Of a DNA stretch of 64,000 nt, positions 1 to 13,059 are shown piece by piece. The DNA comes from Eledone cirrhosa (Eukaryota). The position numbers and the translations under genes were made by a program. The stretch's first letter is position 1. Every line of letters starts with the position of its first letter. The notes under the pieces are model-generated. The model was not told where the DNA came from and did not search any database. It saw only the letters and a list, made by a program, of their open reading frames with translations. Location: assembly GCA_964016885.1 (NCBI GenBank), contig OZ024747.1:48174001-48238000 (forward strand), in the 5' to 3' direction.

Positions 1-196
1 GTCTACACCATTTTTGAGCAAGACATGGTCACTTGACCTAGCATTGCCCACAACAGGACAACTCGTCTAACCCATGCTAGCATGGAAAATAGACATAAAA
101 TGGTGGTGATGATGATGATATATGTATATACACGTAGATATATATATATATCATTATCAGGATATATGTATATGTATATGTATATATATATATATA

Positions 197-513
197 TCAT
201 CATCATCATCATTTTACGTCCCCTTTTTCCCTGCTTGCAAGGGTGGGACGGGAACTGATTCTGGCTTGATTTCTACAGCTGGATGCCCTTCCTAACACCA
301 ACCTCATTTACAGTGAGTGCTGGGTGCTTTTTTGCCGTGGCACCTCCACGACCACTTTGCAGTGGAATGATAGGGACTCCCAGTCCCTATCATCTCATTT
401 CTACAGCTGAGTAAACTGGAGCAATGTGAAATAAAGTGTCTTGCTCAAGGAAACAACACATCACCCGGTCTGAGAATTGAACTCACAACCTTTCGATTGC
501 AAGGCCAATGCTC
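197..513 (-). mobile_element. tRNA-derived SINE with RTE tail (5'-truncated)
   Basis: Near-identical to 13060-13390, 17457-17792 and 22113-22480. Confidence 0.85.
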
Positions 514-712
514 TTTATATATATATAATGATAATAATAATAATAATAATAATATTTATACTCATATATATAATTATAGTATATATATAAATTATAAATA
601 AGATAAGGGTAATATTGTGAATTACCCAATTACTCAATATAAAATATCAGATATACTACAGAGCAGAAACACAACATAGATAACAATCAAATTTTTGTTT
701 AATGCATTTAAT

Positions 713-759
713 TGCTAACGATCGTTTCTTCCAGACATATGTCTGGAATCATCAGAGCA
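713..759 (-). ncRNA. Minimal type-I hammerhead ribozyme motif
   Basis: Minus strand reads TGCT-CTGATGA-TTCCAGAC(atat)GTCTGGAA-GAAAC-gatc-GTT^AGCA: 4-bp stem I, 8-bp stem II, palindromic loop 3, GUU site. Confidence 0.8.
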
Positions 760-921
760 TATACAATGTTAAAACAAATAAATTCCTAATCCTAAGAACA
801 TTCATTAAGAAACATTATATTTGAAAAGACTAATTACAATTGTTATTGTCAGTTTCAATATACTGAAGAGTAAGAGCAAAAGAACATTATAATGAAGATA
901 GTAATAAAGTATTATAAGGTA

Positions 922-1665
922 CTAGCAGAATGGCTCAGCGTTGCTCGGGATTCTAAACATAGATTGGCATGTTTATCCCTCCTTTCTGAAACAGTTCCGT
1001 CGTATGTTCACCAATTGATGCAGAAGTCCTAATAAAAAGTGAAGTCGCCTTGGATGAATAGGCAAATAATTTTCCATTAAGATTTTTCAAAAGCATGTAA
1101 TTGCGTTCCCTCTCTTTTTTGTTGTTGTTTTTGCTGCTGTCGAGCCTCGTGAAATAAATATGTTTGTTTATATTTTGTTATTGTGAAAGTGAAAGCAAAA
1201 ATATCTGTACACGAATATATAATTATATATATATTAAAATAACAGATTAAAGTTTAAGCAAAGAATCGCTGCTTTCACCCTTAACGGGATCTTCTGAAAC
1301 TAAAAAAATCAATCTGTGAACGCAGAAGTAAATATTTCGAAAAACGTTACACACTATATATATATATATACACACACACCACGTCATAATGTCGTAATGC
1401 AGATAGCCAGACATACAGACAGATATTATAAGGGCGCAACGTTATATCTATGTATCTATCTAAAAAGAAAGACTAAGAATTATAGAGAGAGATCGCTAAC
1501 TCGCCTAATGCGGTCCGTAGGGCATTGAAAATTTGAAATATGTTTTGCTCAAAACACCCACAGGACCATAAGTATTACATATGTAAAGTTCGAAAACAAT
1601 CGGTTGGGTGGTTCTCAAGTTTTAGTGGGCTGACAGACAGACATTCTCTGTTATAGATATATAGA
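922..1665 (-). mobile_element. Non-autonomous Helitron
   Basis: Minus strand begins TC(TATAT...) at 1665 followed by a TGTC microsatellite, ends with hairpin CCCGAGCAACGCTGAG...CTAG at 922; inserted between A and T; 3' end matches 24478-24507. Confidence 0.7.
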
Positions 1666-2050
1666 TTATAAAGTAAAGCTGTTTTGAAGCTATATGATAT
1701 ATGCAAGGAATATTACTTATAAAACATATCAAGAATATTATACCAAGAATATAAATAATAGCATAGAGCATGCAATAAGGTAAGACAATTGTGTAGTGAT
1801 AGCATACATATAGGTGTTATACATTATAAGCATTATAAGATGTATTAGTTATAGGCGAAGATATTTATGCCAAAAGTTTTATAAAATTTATGTAGAAAAT
1901 GTTAATATCTATAGTTGTGAAGTATAGAATTGTACAGTTCAAACAAATATATTGTAACTGAAACTAATAATTGTAATTAGTCTTCTCAAATATAATGTAT
2001 CGTAATGAATGTTCTAATGATTAGGAATTTATTTGTTTTAACATTGTATA

Positions 2051-2097
2051 TGCTCCAATGATTCCAGACTAGAGTCTGGAAGAAACGATCGTTAGCA
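2051..2097 (+). ncRNA. Hammerhead copy with mutated core (partner arm of 713-759)
   Basis: TGCT-CCAATGA-TTCCAGAC(taga)GTCTGGAA-GAAAC-gatc-GTT-AGCA; core CTGATGA changed to CCAATGA, so probably inactive. Confidence 0.65.
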
Positions 2098-2133
2098 ATT
2101 AATTGCATTAAACAAAAATTTGATTGTTATCTT

Positions 2134-2171
<38 letters not shown>

Positions 2172-2281
2172 CTATATAAATTTGAGTATGTGATGCTTGG
2201 TTACTGACACTTTAGTATGCAGAGTAGAGTACTTAATAAAGTGAGCATGTTGGTCTGTTTACTCCGTAGTAATTTAAAAAC

Positions 2282-2579
2282 AAGAAGTGTAAGTCAACAG
2301 GTTTAAATTAATTTTGTTTATTCATATTCACTATTATATATATTTCGGTGATAACCATTATTCAACAGCTATGACCTTGAACAACACCATATTTCGGGAC
2401 AGGGCATATCAAAGGACTGAAATAATGGAGGTAAACTTTGTTCCATCATTATGTTTTTCTGTTCAAGTTCTAGCTGTCTGATGAGGTCATAGCTGTTGAA
2501 TAATGGTTATTACTGAAATATATATAACAGCGAATATGGATAAATGAAGTTAATTTAAACTTGTTGACTTACACTTCTT
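2282..2579. repeat. Fold-back element with ~95-bp arms
   Basis: 2282-2377 is the imperfect reverse complement of 2483-2579; the right arm overlaps a hammerhead. Confidence 0.8.
2473..2531 (+). ncRNA. Minimal type-I hammerhead ribozyme motif
   Basis: GCTGT-CTGATGA-[ggtcatagc...ggttattact stem II]-GAAAT-atat-ATA^ACAGC; 5-bp stem I, palindromic loop 3, AUA site. Confidence 0.75.
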
Positions 2580-2678
2580 TCTATTATATATATATGTCCC
2601 ACCTTTGCAAGCAGGGAAGGGCTGACGTAAAATAATGATGATATATATATATATTAATGAAGTAGAGATTTGACTTCA

Positions 2679-2726
2679 AACTCAAGCTGTTTCAGATTGT
2701 AGCCTTTTCAAACTACTTCAGGAGTT
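2679..2726 (-). ncRNA. Degenerate hammerhead motif
   Basis: Minus strand AACTC-CTGAAGT...GAAAC-agct-t-GAGTT; stem I intact but core A9 and the cleavage triplet are damaged. Confidence 0.4.
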
Positions 2727-2789
2727 AGATATATATTATATACCACCCTATATAGATATAAATACATTATATATAAGTATATATATGTT

Positions 2790-3632
2790 ACATACCCCAT
2801 CCCAGGAAAGAATGAGACCTGGGAATGCTACTGTGAGAGGTTAATGTGGAGAATGGAAGGGAGACTACCTGTAACTAACCCAACAAGTAAAGCCAATGAC
2901 CCAATGAGATAAAGCTGTGGGGCTGTCTGAGATAGTTGCTGAGATGCCAAAAGTATTTGTGGAAATAAGAATTAAATTAGTTATCTGCATAGTCAATCAG
3001 ATAATACAGGATGGGGCCATAATCCTTAATTGCTACAAGTGAAAATGTGATGCACTAGAAATGAGCTACTACAGGGGAATAAAACTAATGGATCAAGTTA
3101 TGAAAGTGACAGAAAGAGTTCTCGCACTATTAATCAGAGAAAGAGTCAAACTAGAGTTCAGATTTGTACTAGGGAGGAGCACCACAGATGCTTTTTAGTA
3201 TAGTCTAGCTTTTGTCGATCTAGAGAAGGCTTTTGACAGTGTACCATGATCTGTCATCTGGTGGTCCTTAAGGAAACTAGGTATAAAAAAATGGCTGATG
3301 AGAGCAGAGCAAGCTGTCAGTAAAGTGAGAGTAGGAAGTCAGTTTAGTGAGGAATTCAAGAAACAGCAGTGTATCATTGTTCAGTTCTCAGCCCACCTTT
3401 GTTTATTATAGTTGTCCAGGCCATAACAAAATAGTTTATGACTGATTACCCATGGGAACGTCTGTATGCTGATGATCTGGTTCTCATAGATGAGTCTGTG
3501 GAAGACCCAGAGAATAAATTCTGGCTGTGGAAACAGAACTTAGAATCAAAAGGACTGAGAGTAAATTTAGCAAAAATCAAAATGTAGGAAAGCTAGGGCA
3601 ATGATGACATCAAGGAAGTGGCCATGTTCAAT
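2790..3632 (+). mobile_element. Decayed RTE-clade LINE fragment
   Basis: Remnants of YRGIKLMDQVMKVTERV, AFVDLEKAFD and LYADDL with stops and deletions. Confidence 0.8.
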
Positions 3633-4059
3633 ATTGCTCTACCGATACTGCCAATCCGCTGCCCTAATAAATAAAAAATAATATAAACTTTTTCCAATCA
3701 CAATGGACATAAGCAATATATGGTGAAAGCTTCTAATTTTATTTAAAAAAAAGAAAGAATATATGGTTGGTGTTAGGAAAGGCAGCCAACAGTAAAAACC
3801 CCGGCCAAATTTAAAGTCCAGTCTCTCAACACGGATGACCCGACCCGTCTACCCCATGGAAAAATGGACGTTAAACGGTGATGATGATATATATATATCT
3901 ATATATCATAAGAACAGGTTAAAGTTTAAGCAAAGAATCACTGCTTTCACCCTTAACGGGATCTTCTGAAGATCTCCCTAAGGGTAAAAGCAGCGATGAA
4001 ACGGCCGAAGCTCAGCCATTGGGGTCCTGAAACTTTTCATATATAATATATATATATAT

Positions 4060-4171
4060 ATAGGAACGAGTAGGACCCCGACGGCTGAGCTCAAGCCGTT
4101 TCGACGGCTAATTCTGGAATTAGCCGTCGAAACGGCTTGAGCTCAGCCGTCGGGGTCCTACTCGTTCCTAT
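4060..4171. repeat. Perfect 112-bp palindrome
   Basis: 55-bp perfect arms around a 2-nt centre (4115-4116). Confidence 0.95.
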
Positions 4172-4247
4172 TACCCACTCTACTACTCTAAGTATTGAGT
4201 ACTTTGGTGCGTTATGGTCCACCTGGTTCCTTACCACATTTCCTTCG

Positions 4248-4286
<39 letters not shown>

Positions 4287-4619
4287 CCGAGCCCTCTTCG
4301 GATTTTAGTTTTCAGATTTATTTCGCATTCATATGCTTCAACTATAGCCCGAGGTTGACCAATTCCTGCGATCGAAACTGTAGAAGCCCATTGTTTATAT
4401 GTATACGCCATGCAACTTATTAAGTTACGTGGCGTATACATATAAACAATGGCTCATGAAATAAAAATAGAGATCGATAAAATAACTATTTATGTCGATA
4501 TGATTGACTAAATCATGGCGGTATCCCAGATAGGTCGAAATATAATTACTGAATCCAGTAAATTAATAAATGTCAAGACCAATTGTCCCGCATGTTGCAA
4601 ATGAAGCGTTTTGTTAACT

Positions 4620-4763
4620 TTTTTTTGTTTATCAGCACAACAGTGAGTTGTCTGCCCTTTGTTTATGACGTTCTATGAATTATGGGATGTTTGCTCCGCC
4701 ATTTGCTCGGAACTGATACGGATTGACTATTATTTTTAACGAAAGCCTCGAAAATATCACACC
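4620..4763 (+). promoter_or_regulatory. Putative promoter / 5' non-coding first exon of the zinc-finger gene
   Basis: Non-repetitive CpG-containing patch with TGACGT, a YY1-type CCGCCATTT (4696-4704) and a strong donor ACC|GTAAGT (GT at 4764). The first coding exon has an acceptor 18 nt before its ATG, so an upstream exon is needed. The start coordinate is approximate. Confidence 0.45.
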
Positions 4764-5989
4764 GTAAGTAAATGTATTGCAAATCGTCGCGATTTTCCAT
4801 GCTTTATTTGAAATGGAAGAATGCGTGGCAGATTAAATTTAAATCTTTTATATCGTCAAATAACCTGTACTCTTTACATTCCGCGCTTACTTCATTTGCA
4901 TAAAAGGTTATGTTGTATATGTTGTATATTGAACAAATTTAAAAAATATTCCGATATTTCCCCAGTGTTGAGATCTTTTATTAATGTTGATAGACACATA
5001 ATTCAGTAGATATAGTCATCTGCATGTATTTTTTCTCAGTGGTTTATACGAGATATCACTCTGCGGTTGAGAACAGGCTCGCACTACTCTATAACCTGAC
5101 CAATGATGAAAGACTGAGATGGTTGAATTAGCGAGTCGCATATTTGCTCAGTCACTAGATTTGCTGGAAATAATACCATACAAACTTCAAAAATAGTAAA
5201 GACGCATTAGATAATGTGGTAGGGATGGTATTGATTATCATAGGTCTGATCGATCAGGGTTGATGTTGTCTAAACAAATGCGAGAGATGGTGCAATTATA
5301 TTATATATCTACCCTAATGTTATATGTACACACATATATATGTATGTATATATATATGAGAGTGTATGTAGGTACACATAAATATATGCAAACTGTATAT
5401 ATATATAAATATAATTTGAAAATATGTTCGCTTGTTATTAGGTGACGTGGGGGGGACCCCATTACAATGTAGATAACTATAAATAATAGTTGAATAAACT
5501 ATGTACCCATGGAGACGGAAAAAGCGGACAGAAAGCTAACATTTTCAAATTACCCTGGTGTTTGTAAAGCAACCATATATATATTTATATGGTTAATTTA
5601 CATGTGTGTATCATCATCATCGTTTAACGTTCATTTGTTTCCTCGCATGGATTAGACGGGTTGTCACGTTATGTGACAAGTCAGGTTTGGAGTCAGTCTC
5701 ATAATTTTCTACAGTGGGATGCCCTTCCTAATACCAACCATGTTACAGTGTGGACTGGCTGTTTTTCATCGTGGCACCAAACCAATCACTTTATAGGGGT
5801 AACTGGGCGTTTTTTATCGTACCACCTGCACGATCACCTTACAGGATGCATTGGGTGCTTCGGTCATGACAGTGGATCAACATACAGGGTGGACTCTGCT
5901 TTTTGTTATAGCAGCGGCATTGTGAGAGATCAGATGTCAAGCGTGTCCAGCTTTTAATGGGTTGGACAGGTGATGTTTATCAGGGCTGG

Positions 5990-6410
5990 TGGTAGGTAAG
6001 CAAGTTTGATCCTGTCATCACCTTTGTAAGGTTCAATTGGGCAAGGTCACCTTTTATCACTTCATCTCAAATTTTCATTGATCTTCCTTTTCAATAGTTA
6101 CCATCGACTTTAATTATACAACTGTCATCCTCTATAGGCATCACATGTTCAAATCACTGCAATTTCCTCTCCTGCACACTCCATCTGATCCCTATTGGTT
6201 TGTCGTTCATGCACACTACTATTACACATCCATTGGATCATGTAAGCTTCATTTCCAATCTTTGTATGTCTTCTGCACATATTGCCCAGGTCTCATTTGC
6301 ATGCACGCAAGCTTTACACAATCAACCTTTCATTTTGAAAGATAATCTTTTGTAGCTAGAAGTGGTAGTAGTTACATGAACTTTTTCCATCCTGTTCTCA
6401 TTCTGACCAC
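5990..6410 (-). mobile_element. Decayed RTE LINE 3' fragment
   Basis: Reverse complement resembles 15590-16050 (GWKKF...LSFKMK). Confidence 0.6.
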
Positions 6411-6514
6411 TATATGAGAGATGAGCCACAGTTGCTGATTCTACAGGAGTCTATTAAAGATATACCATTTTGAGATAGAGCGAGGCAATGAAATAGAATA
6501 AATATGCCAGTATA

Positions 6515-6556
<42 letters not shown>

Positions 6557-6986
6557 CAACTAGAAATTGATTAACATATAAATAAACATATGAATAATCA
6601 CAGGCGATAATTTTTACAAGTGCGTAAGCACACATAGCTAGGTAGGTAACTAAATAAAGTTAACTAAAACTTCAAAAATAGATACCTTATAATATGATTA
6701 ATCTTCCCTGTATATATTCCATTAAAGAAATATATTTCACCAATTAATCGAATGGTAAACGGCGGATGCCGGTACTTGGATTTTCAACAAGGAAGATGTC
6801 CAGCCATCTCCTGTGATTATTCATATGTTTATTTATATGTTAATCAATTTCTAGTTGTTATAAAATGCTCGGACCTATTCATTAGAATCTTGGAGCTTAT
6901 TTCGCGGGTGATATGGCGCATGCCTTTCTGGCATGACACCCATAATTTTGACTTAGATTAAATTCATTTTGATTTATCTTAATTTT

Positions 6987-7020
<34 letters not shown>

Positions 7021-7110
7021 TTATTGCTACTTTTGGTCAGAAGAATGCCATCCCTTCATTGAAAATTAAACGAGAATGTATATATACGTATACGTCTGTG
7101 TCTATGTATG

Positions 7111-7150
<40 letters not shown>

Positions 7151-9379
7151 TAGTATGGTGCTTCAAAACGTTCATGGAAAAAGGACAGTTGGAAAAAACG
7201 GTTTAAGTTATGATGTTTATTTTTCTGTAAAAGTGGTCACTTCTGCAAGCATTGATACCAGCCTTTAAGTTCATCTGTATAAAACTGAGAGCCATACAAT
7301 TTAAACCATGTCAAAGCAGCTTTTTTTTACATCTTCAACCTCATCTCTTCCACTTCTAAAATGACATCCATTTGTAGGTTGTTGATTTCTTTGGGGCATT
7401 GTCCCCATAAACTTGCTCCAGAGCGTCAATGATTTGGCTGCTCTTCCACCCTAGCTTCACCATGAATTTGATGTTTTGATGGAAACCATGTGGGTGTTTA
7501 CTTCCGACTGTCACCACTGCGTTGCATTTAAGGGTTCATGTTATGACATGTTAGTACGAGAACATACAGGTGCATTGAGATTAAAATCCCTGCATATGTC
7601 CTTGCTGTAAAGTGGTCGTGTTTGGCAAAAGCACCCAGACGACACTGTAAAGTGGTCGTGTAGGTGTCATGGCAAAAAGCACCCAGTCCATGCTCTAAAG
7701 TGGTCGTGTAGGTGTCACGGTAAAAAGCACCCACTCCATGCTGTAAAGTGGTCATTGTAGGCACCACAACAAAAATCACCCAGTACTCACTGTAAATGAG
7801 TTTGGCGCTAGGGAGGGCATCCAGCTGTAGAAATCAAGCCAAAATCGGTTCTCTATGAGCATGACATGGTCACCTGTCCTAGCATTGCTAGATAACTCGT
7901 CTAACCCATGCCAGCATGGAAAAATTGACGTTAAACGGTGATGATGATGGCATGTATACGAATATATAATGTAGCTCTATATCTATTTACCTATCCATCT
8001 ATCTACCTACTTCACAAACAACTGGCAGGCACTTGAAATAAGCATAACAATGGTGAGCACCATTTCTTCACTTCTCTTGGTGATAGCTATGGAGTTGGTC
8101 TTAGAAAGTGTGAGAAGCTGCCCAGTACTGTCATCACTATTCTTTAAATTGTTTATACACTCAATAAATTGTTGCTTTTGGAAGAAGTTTTGTCAACTTT
8201 ACAATTTTATTGGCAGTGTGCCCAGAACGCGCCAAAACAACAATGACGGAACAATTCTGTTGTTCCATGACTTTCTGTTGTCTAATCAGTTCGCTATTTA
8301 CTTGAAAAATAAAGAGGAGGGTTAGATTTTCAAGCAAGCAAGGCTTTGTCAAAAAATGAAATGTTAAACCCACTCAGTCAGTTGCTTAAAATTGGTCTCA
8401 ATTTATCTGCAAGACCCTGTACATCAAACATCACATGCCTCAAGGCCACCTCCACAACCCAACTCTTGTTCTGCCACTTTATGATGACCCCCTCTCCCTA
8501 CCAAGGCAAGCAATTTGTAACCATCCCTCCTTTCACATCACTGCTATTCTTAGTTTGGCTGAGGACACAATTGGCGCCTTAGAGCTGTTATGGCTTTAGT
8601 GCTGGTGCCATGTTAAAATACATCCATTCTTTAACCCTTTAGCATTCACATTTCTCTATATATACTATTATATTTTCATGGTAAAGGCTTTACCTCGCAT
8701 AATTATCTCACTTAATATCGAATCTATGAGATTTTGAAAGTATTTATTTTGAGAACAGTACCTTAACATCAGTATGAGTGGCCAGTTACAGCCAGTTTCA
8801 ACAGAAAGAGGTGAGAGAATTCTGGCCAGTTTGAACATTAAAGGGTTAAAGTGGTCGTGTTGCTGCCACAACAAAATACACCCAGCTCACTCTAAAAAAT
8901 GGTACCATGATAAACACCCAGCCCACTCTGTAAAATGGTAGTGTTGGTGCCACAATAAAAAATACAGTCCACTTTGGAAGGTGGTAGTGTTGGTGCCACA
9001 ACAAAATATTCCCAGTACACACTCTAAGGTAGTTGGCATTATGAAGGGCATCCAGCCATAGATGCCAAGCCCAAAATGGAGTATATAAACAAGATGGTTA
9101 TCTGACTGATCTAATCTTAGAATGCAACAACCCATCCAACTCATACAAGCATGGAAAATAAATGTTAAACAGTGATGATGGTGATTACTGCCATTATAAA
9201 AACAAAGTGAAAATTCCACTAGCATAGTTGGGTGAGTTATTCTGTATATGTCAGTGTAGTAAATTTTGCTCTGGCTCTTTCTCTCTTTTGTTCTTGTTCC
9301 AACCAGTTTGTTTTCACAACTTCCTGACTAATCAGTTAACAAAATAATCCCTATTTTCTTCCAGTCTTTAGTCTGTGTG

Positions 9380-9750
9380 TGAGGTGCAATGTTGCGTAGT
9401 AGTGGGACATGGACTGTGAATGCAGAGGGTATGTGAAGGCTGAAGAAAAATGGAACGAGCCTGTAAGATGAATCAGCTGTAATGTACAAGAGAGAAGACT
9501 GCGCTGGTATGGACATGTAATGCATGTTGATGATGAGTGTTGGGTGGGTAAAGAAGTGCCAGGAAATCCCAGTGGAAGGTAGTGGCAGTAAAGACAGACA
9601 TTGCTCGAGGTGGTGAGAGTTGATCTCAAATTTTTAAAGCTCACAGTGGAGATGATGAAGGAAAACAATGAATGGAAGGATGCTGTGTTGGAAAAGACAC
9701 ATCTAACCCATGCAAGCAAGGAAAGGGGATGTAAAATTGAGATGATGATA
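9380..9750 (+). mobile_element. Decayed RTE LINE 3' end
   Basis: QERRLRWYGHVM motif, WKDAVLEKT and an (ATG)n tail. Confidence 0.65.
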
Positions 9751-9940
9751 ATATATGTAATAGTTTGTACTAGTTTACATGTTACCAATACCATCTAGAG
9801 TGACCTGTTACATTATTAGGTTGTTGCAAGTACACAGAGCCTGATAGGTGAGGGGTGTGACTTTTGGACATCCTGTGAGATGGAAACCAAAACTTTCCAA
9901 AGGACAAAGGAACTCATGAGAGTTTATGACCATTCAATAG

Positions 9941-12390
9941 CACTGGTCAACAATATTTTTGATGCATTGATACTGACACTTGATGTTTACTAATTTGAGT
10001 GTGCTGAATTCAAATATGAAATTAGTTTTCCTCTGATAGTTCCAAATCTTTTGCAATTAGGCTTTTTTTATATTTTCCAAAATGTGAATGTTTCTCATAT
10101 GATGCAATCCATCTGAACATTTTCTGGTTATACCATTTCATAGTAGGTGAAAAACAAATATCTTTGCATTGAGGTTCTAGATCTATTCATAAATATGAGT
10201 TAATACACCACAATAAGAATTAGGCTATATAAAAATAATATTTAATATTCTGATAAATATTACCATTTGCCAATACAGAAACGTAACTCCGTTATAATAA
10301 GTGTGTGTACTGTTTTTCAGTGGAAAACATACATTATATACAATTAATAGGTAGCTCAGTCAGAAACAAAATAGTATTGAAGGCAAAACAAAAATAGATA
10401 TTATTCAGGCAAGAATTTGCGCTTGTAGCTCCTGTGTTTGTGGACTTTCCCAGGACAATCTCGCCTAATGCTCCAGCAGTAGTGTGCCATCATATTTTTG
10501 TCCCATCTGCCTTGGTACCACTCTTCCATGGTTTTGTTGTCTTGATGGAAGCGCACTCCATGCTCATCACTAACAGACTCGAGATTCTCAGGAAACTGAT
10601 CAAGGTGACTATGCAGCAAATGGAGTTTGACACTCATTTTACTCCCAAGATCACGGAAAACTGACAACATGTTAGTTACAAGAATTTCATTGTAATCTGC
10701 TTTTCTGTTACCAAGGAAATTTTGTATAACTGCTATGAATGACAGTCATGCTGCTCTTTCCTTGTCGTTCATCTTTCCGATAAATTCTACATCACACTCA
10801 AGGGCACGAATCTGAGGTCCATCAAACACAACTCTTCTTGAAGAGCAAAGCAGGGCATGCAGAGACTATTTGTTGAAAATATGCACCATTAGTATTCGAT
10901 GCTTTCGTGAACTGCTTCATCAATCCCAGCTTGATATGGAGTGGTGAGAAAACAATCTTATCTTGACTGACAATTGGGTCATTAACAATATTTGGAATGC
11001 CTGCTACCAGAGTCTCACGGATGGGCCACTCCTTCTGGATCCAGTATTTCTCTCGAGCTCAGTTGTCCCACATACAAAGGATACTTTGTAAAACCTTTCT
11101 GTTGACCAAGGAGGAAAGTGACCATTTTCAAGTTTGCACAAATGATCCAGTTGTGTTCATATTTTAGTAGGTCAATAACTGTTTTTATGTCATTATATTC
11201 TTCTTGTGGATTGGCAGTATCGGTAGAGGGGCGGACGCCATGCTTTCCAGCATAGTTACGTCCCTTTACGATCTGAGTTCCAATCCCGCCGAGGTTGACT
11301 TTGTCTTTCATCCTTATGGGGTCGATAAAATAAAGTACCAGTAATGCATTGGGTAATTGCTGGCCTTGTGCCGAACGTAGAAACAATTATATTCTTCTTG
11401 TAAATGTGCTGAATGACCAACTGGGACAGCTCCATAAACATTGCCATTGTGCAGGAGAACACATGTTAGAAATAGTCACCTCTCAGTTGGATTGTAAGAG
11501 GGAATGTCTAATACCTGGAGAAGACCTGGAATATTACGGCAGAAAACAAAATGTTTCTCTTTTGACAAATAAGACACAAAAATCTGGTCCTGCTTTCGGA
11601 AATAGAAAACTTTCAGTTTGGTCAAGTAGATGATTTTCTTGCAGCCTGGATGCTAGCACTTCAGCTGCATTCTTGGAGAGCCCCAGATCAAGTACTAAAT
11701 CATTCAATTTTGGTTGGTTAAACTGTTGAGAAGTTGATTCTTCAGTATAAGAGGGGTCTTTGAAATCTGAGCTTATTTCTTCAACCTCATTATCATCATC
11801 GTGATGTTGTTTGCTTCTTTTATCTTCGGATGAGGTTAACCGATGAAAAGCTGGAATCAGGAGTGTATCAGAGTGTATAATGATGGAATATTAGCATAAA
11901 AGATTTTATGCCTGTTTTTCATACCAATACTCTTTGTCTTGACCAGACAAAAATAACAGTCAGTTGGGTGATCCCTGGCTCACACCACACCATAGGAACC
12001 TCCAAAAGACAGACCATTCCATTTTCCTTTTGTCCAGTCATGAAGCCTTTCCTCACAGATACGACACACAACATGAGGGGCCAAATGTTTTCTTGGTCGC
12101 CAAGGGTAATTCCAAAGTAGGCTTCATAAGCTTGTCTCACAAACGCCTTTGACAAATAAGTGTGAAGGAGCCACAGATGTAGAAGAAGACATCAGGATTA
12201 TTCACACATTGACATTTGCTTGAAGAATCCATGATTAGATCTGAAACACAATTGTCAATTTTAAATATGCAATATCTTGACAGGTAAAAAAGTATATCTT
12301 AAAATTGCAAGAAAACCAGAGCAAAAAAAATTAAGCTAGAAACAGTGAAAAAATCTCATGCACCAGAAAAAAAAAATTTGTTGCCCAGTG
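9941..12390 (-). mobile_element. Chapaev3 (CMC)-type DNA transposon with disrupted transposase
   Basis: TIRs CACTGGTCAACAA / TTGTTGCCCAGTG with flanks TAG/TAA. Minus-strand fragments CVNNPDVFFYICGSF, AYFGITLGDQ, LKMVTFLLGQQKGFTKYP and MSVKLHLLHSHLDQFPENLESVSDEHGVRFHQD...YQGRW...MAHYCW. Frameshifted. Confidence 0.8.
11192..11401 (+). mobile_element. SINE inserted in the transposase, with 16-bp TSD
   Basis: ATTATATTCTTCTTGT at 11192-11207 and 11386-11401 flanks a B-box-containing SINE with the CTTTCATCCTT...GGTCGATAAAATAAAGTACCAG domain. Confidence 0.85.
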
Positions 12391-13059
12391 TAATGTGTAT
12401 CTGTTTATGAGATTATATAGATTTACATGTTTATGTAAGGATATTCTGGCTTAAAGCCTGCAGTGTTTCTAGTCGGGGACCGTCTTACTTTTTCTATTGC
12501 TTGCATAACCCTTTAGCATTTAAACCAGCCATATTTATCTAGAATTCTCTCACCTCTTTCTGTTCAAACTGGTCATAACTGGCCACTCATACTGACATTA
12601 AGGTATTGTTCTCAAAATAAATAACATCATCAAAATCTTATGGATTCCATATTATGTGAGATAATTATGTAAGATAAAACGTTTACCATGAAAATATGAT
12701 AGAGTAATGTAAATACTAAAGGGTTAAAGTAGCTCTCATGTTGTATAACTGTTTGTCACTATACAATCTGACGCGTTGGAAAGTTTTGCATTCAGATTTT
12801 CTACACATACTCATATATAAATATGTAAATTACACACACACACACACATATATATAAATATATAAATTATATCTCTCTATATATATATATAGGTAGATAT
12901 ATATCATCATCATCATCATCATCTTTTAACATCCATTTTCCACGGTATACATATAGTTGACAAAACAAAACAAACACAGGGATGCAAAAATACAAAGTTT
13001 TATTAGGTTCGTGCTTAGACAAAGTGGAGTTTATATATATATATATCTTCATCTTCATC

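Larger units (their letters stand above)
678..2132. mobile_element. Fold-back (PLE-like non-autonomous) element with ~180-bp inverted arms, interrupted by a Helitron
   Basis: 678-863 is the imperfect reverse complement of 1954-2132; each arm carries a hammerhead motif; (TA)n lies nearby. Confidence 0.7.

Noticed and set aside
3913-4000. Hammerhead in the repeat also found at 1238-1300 and 45590-45655
   Set aside because: CTGAAGA appears only at the palindrome centre; the other copies read CAGAAGA on the relevant strand and lack stems I and III
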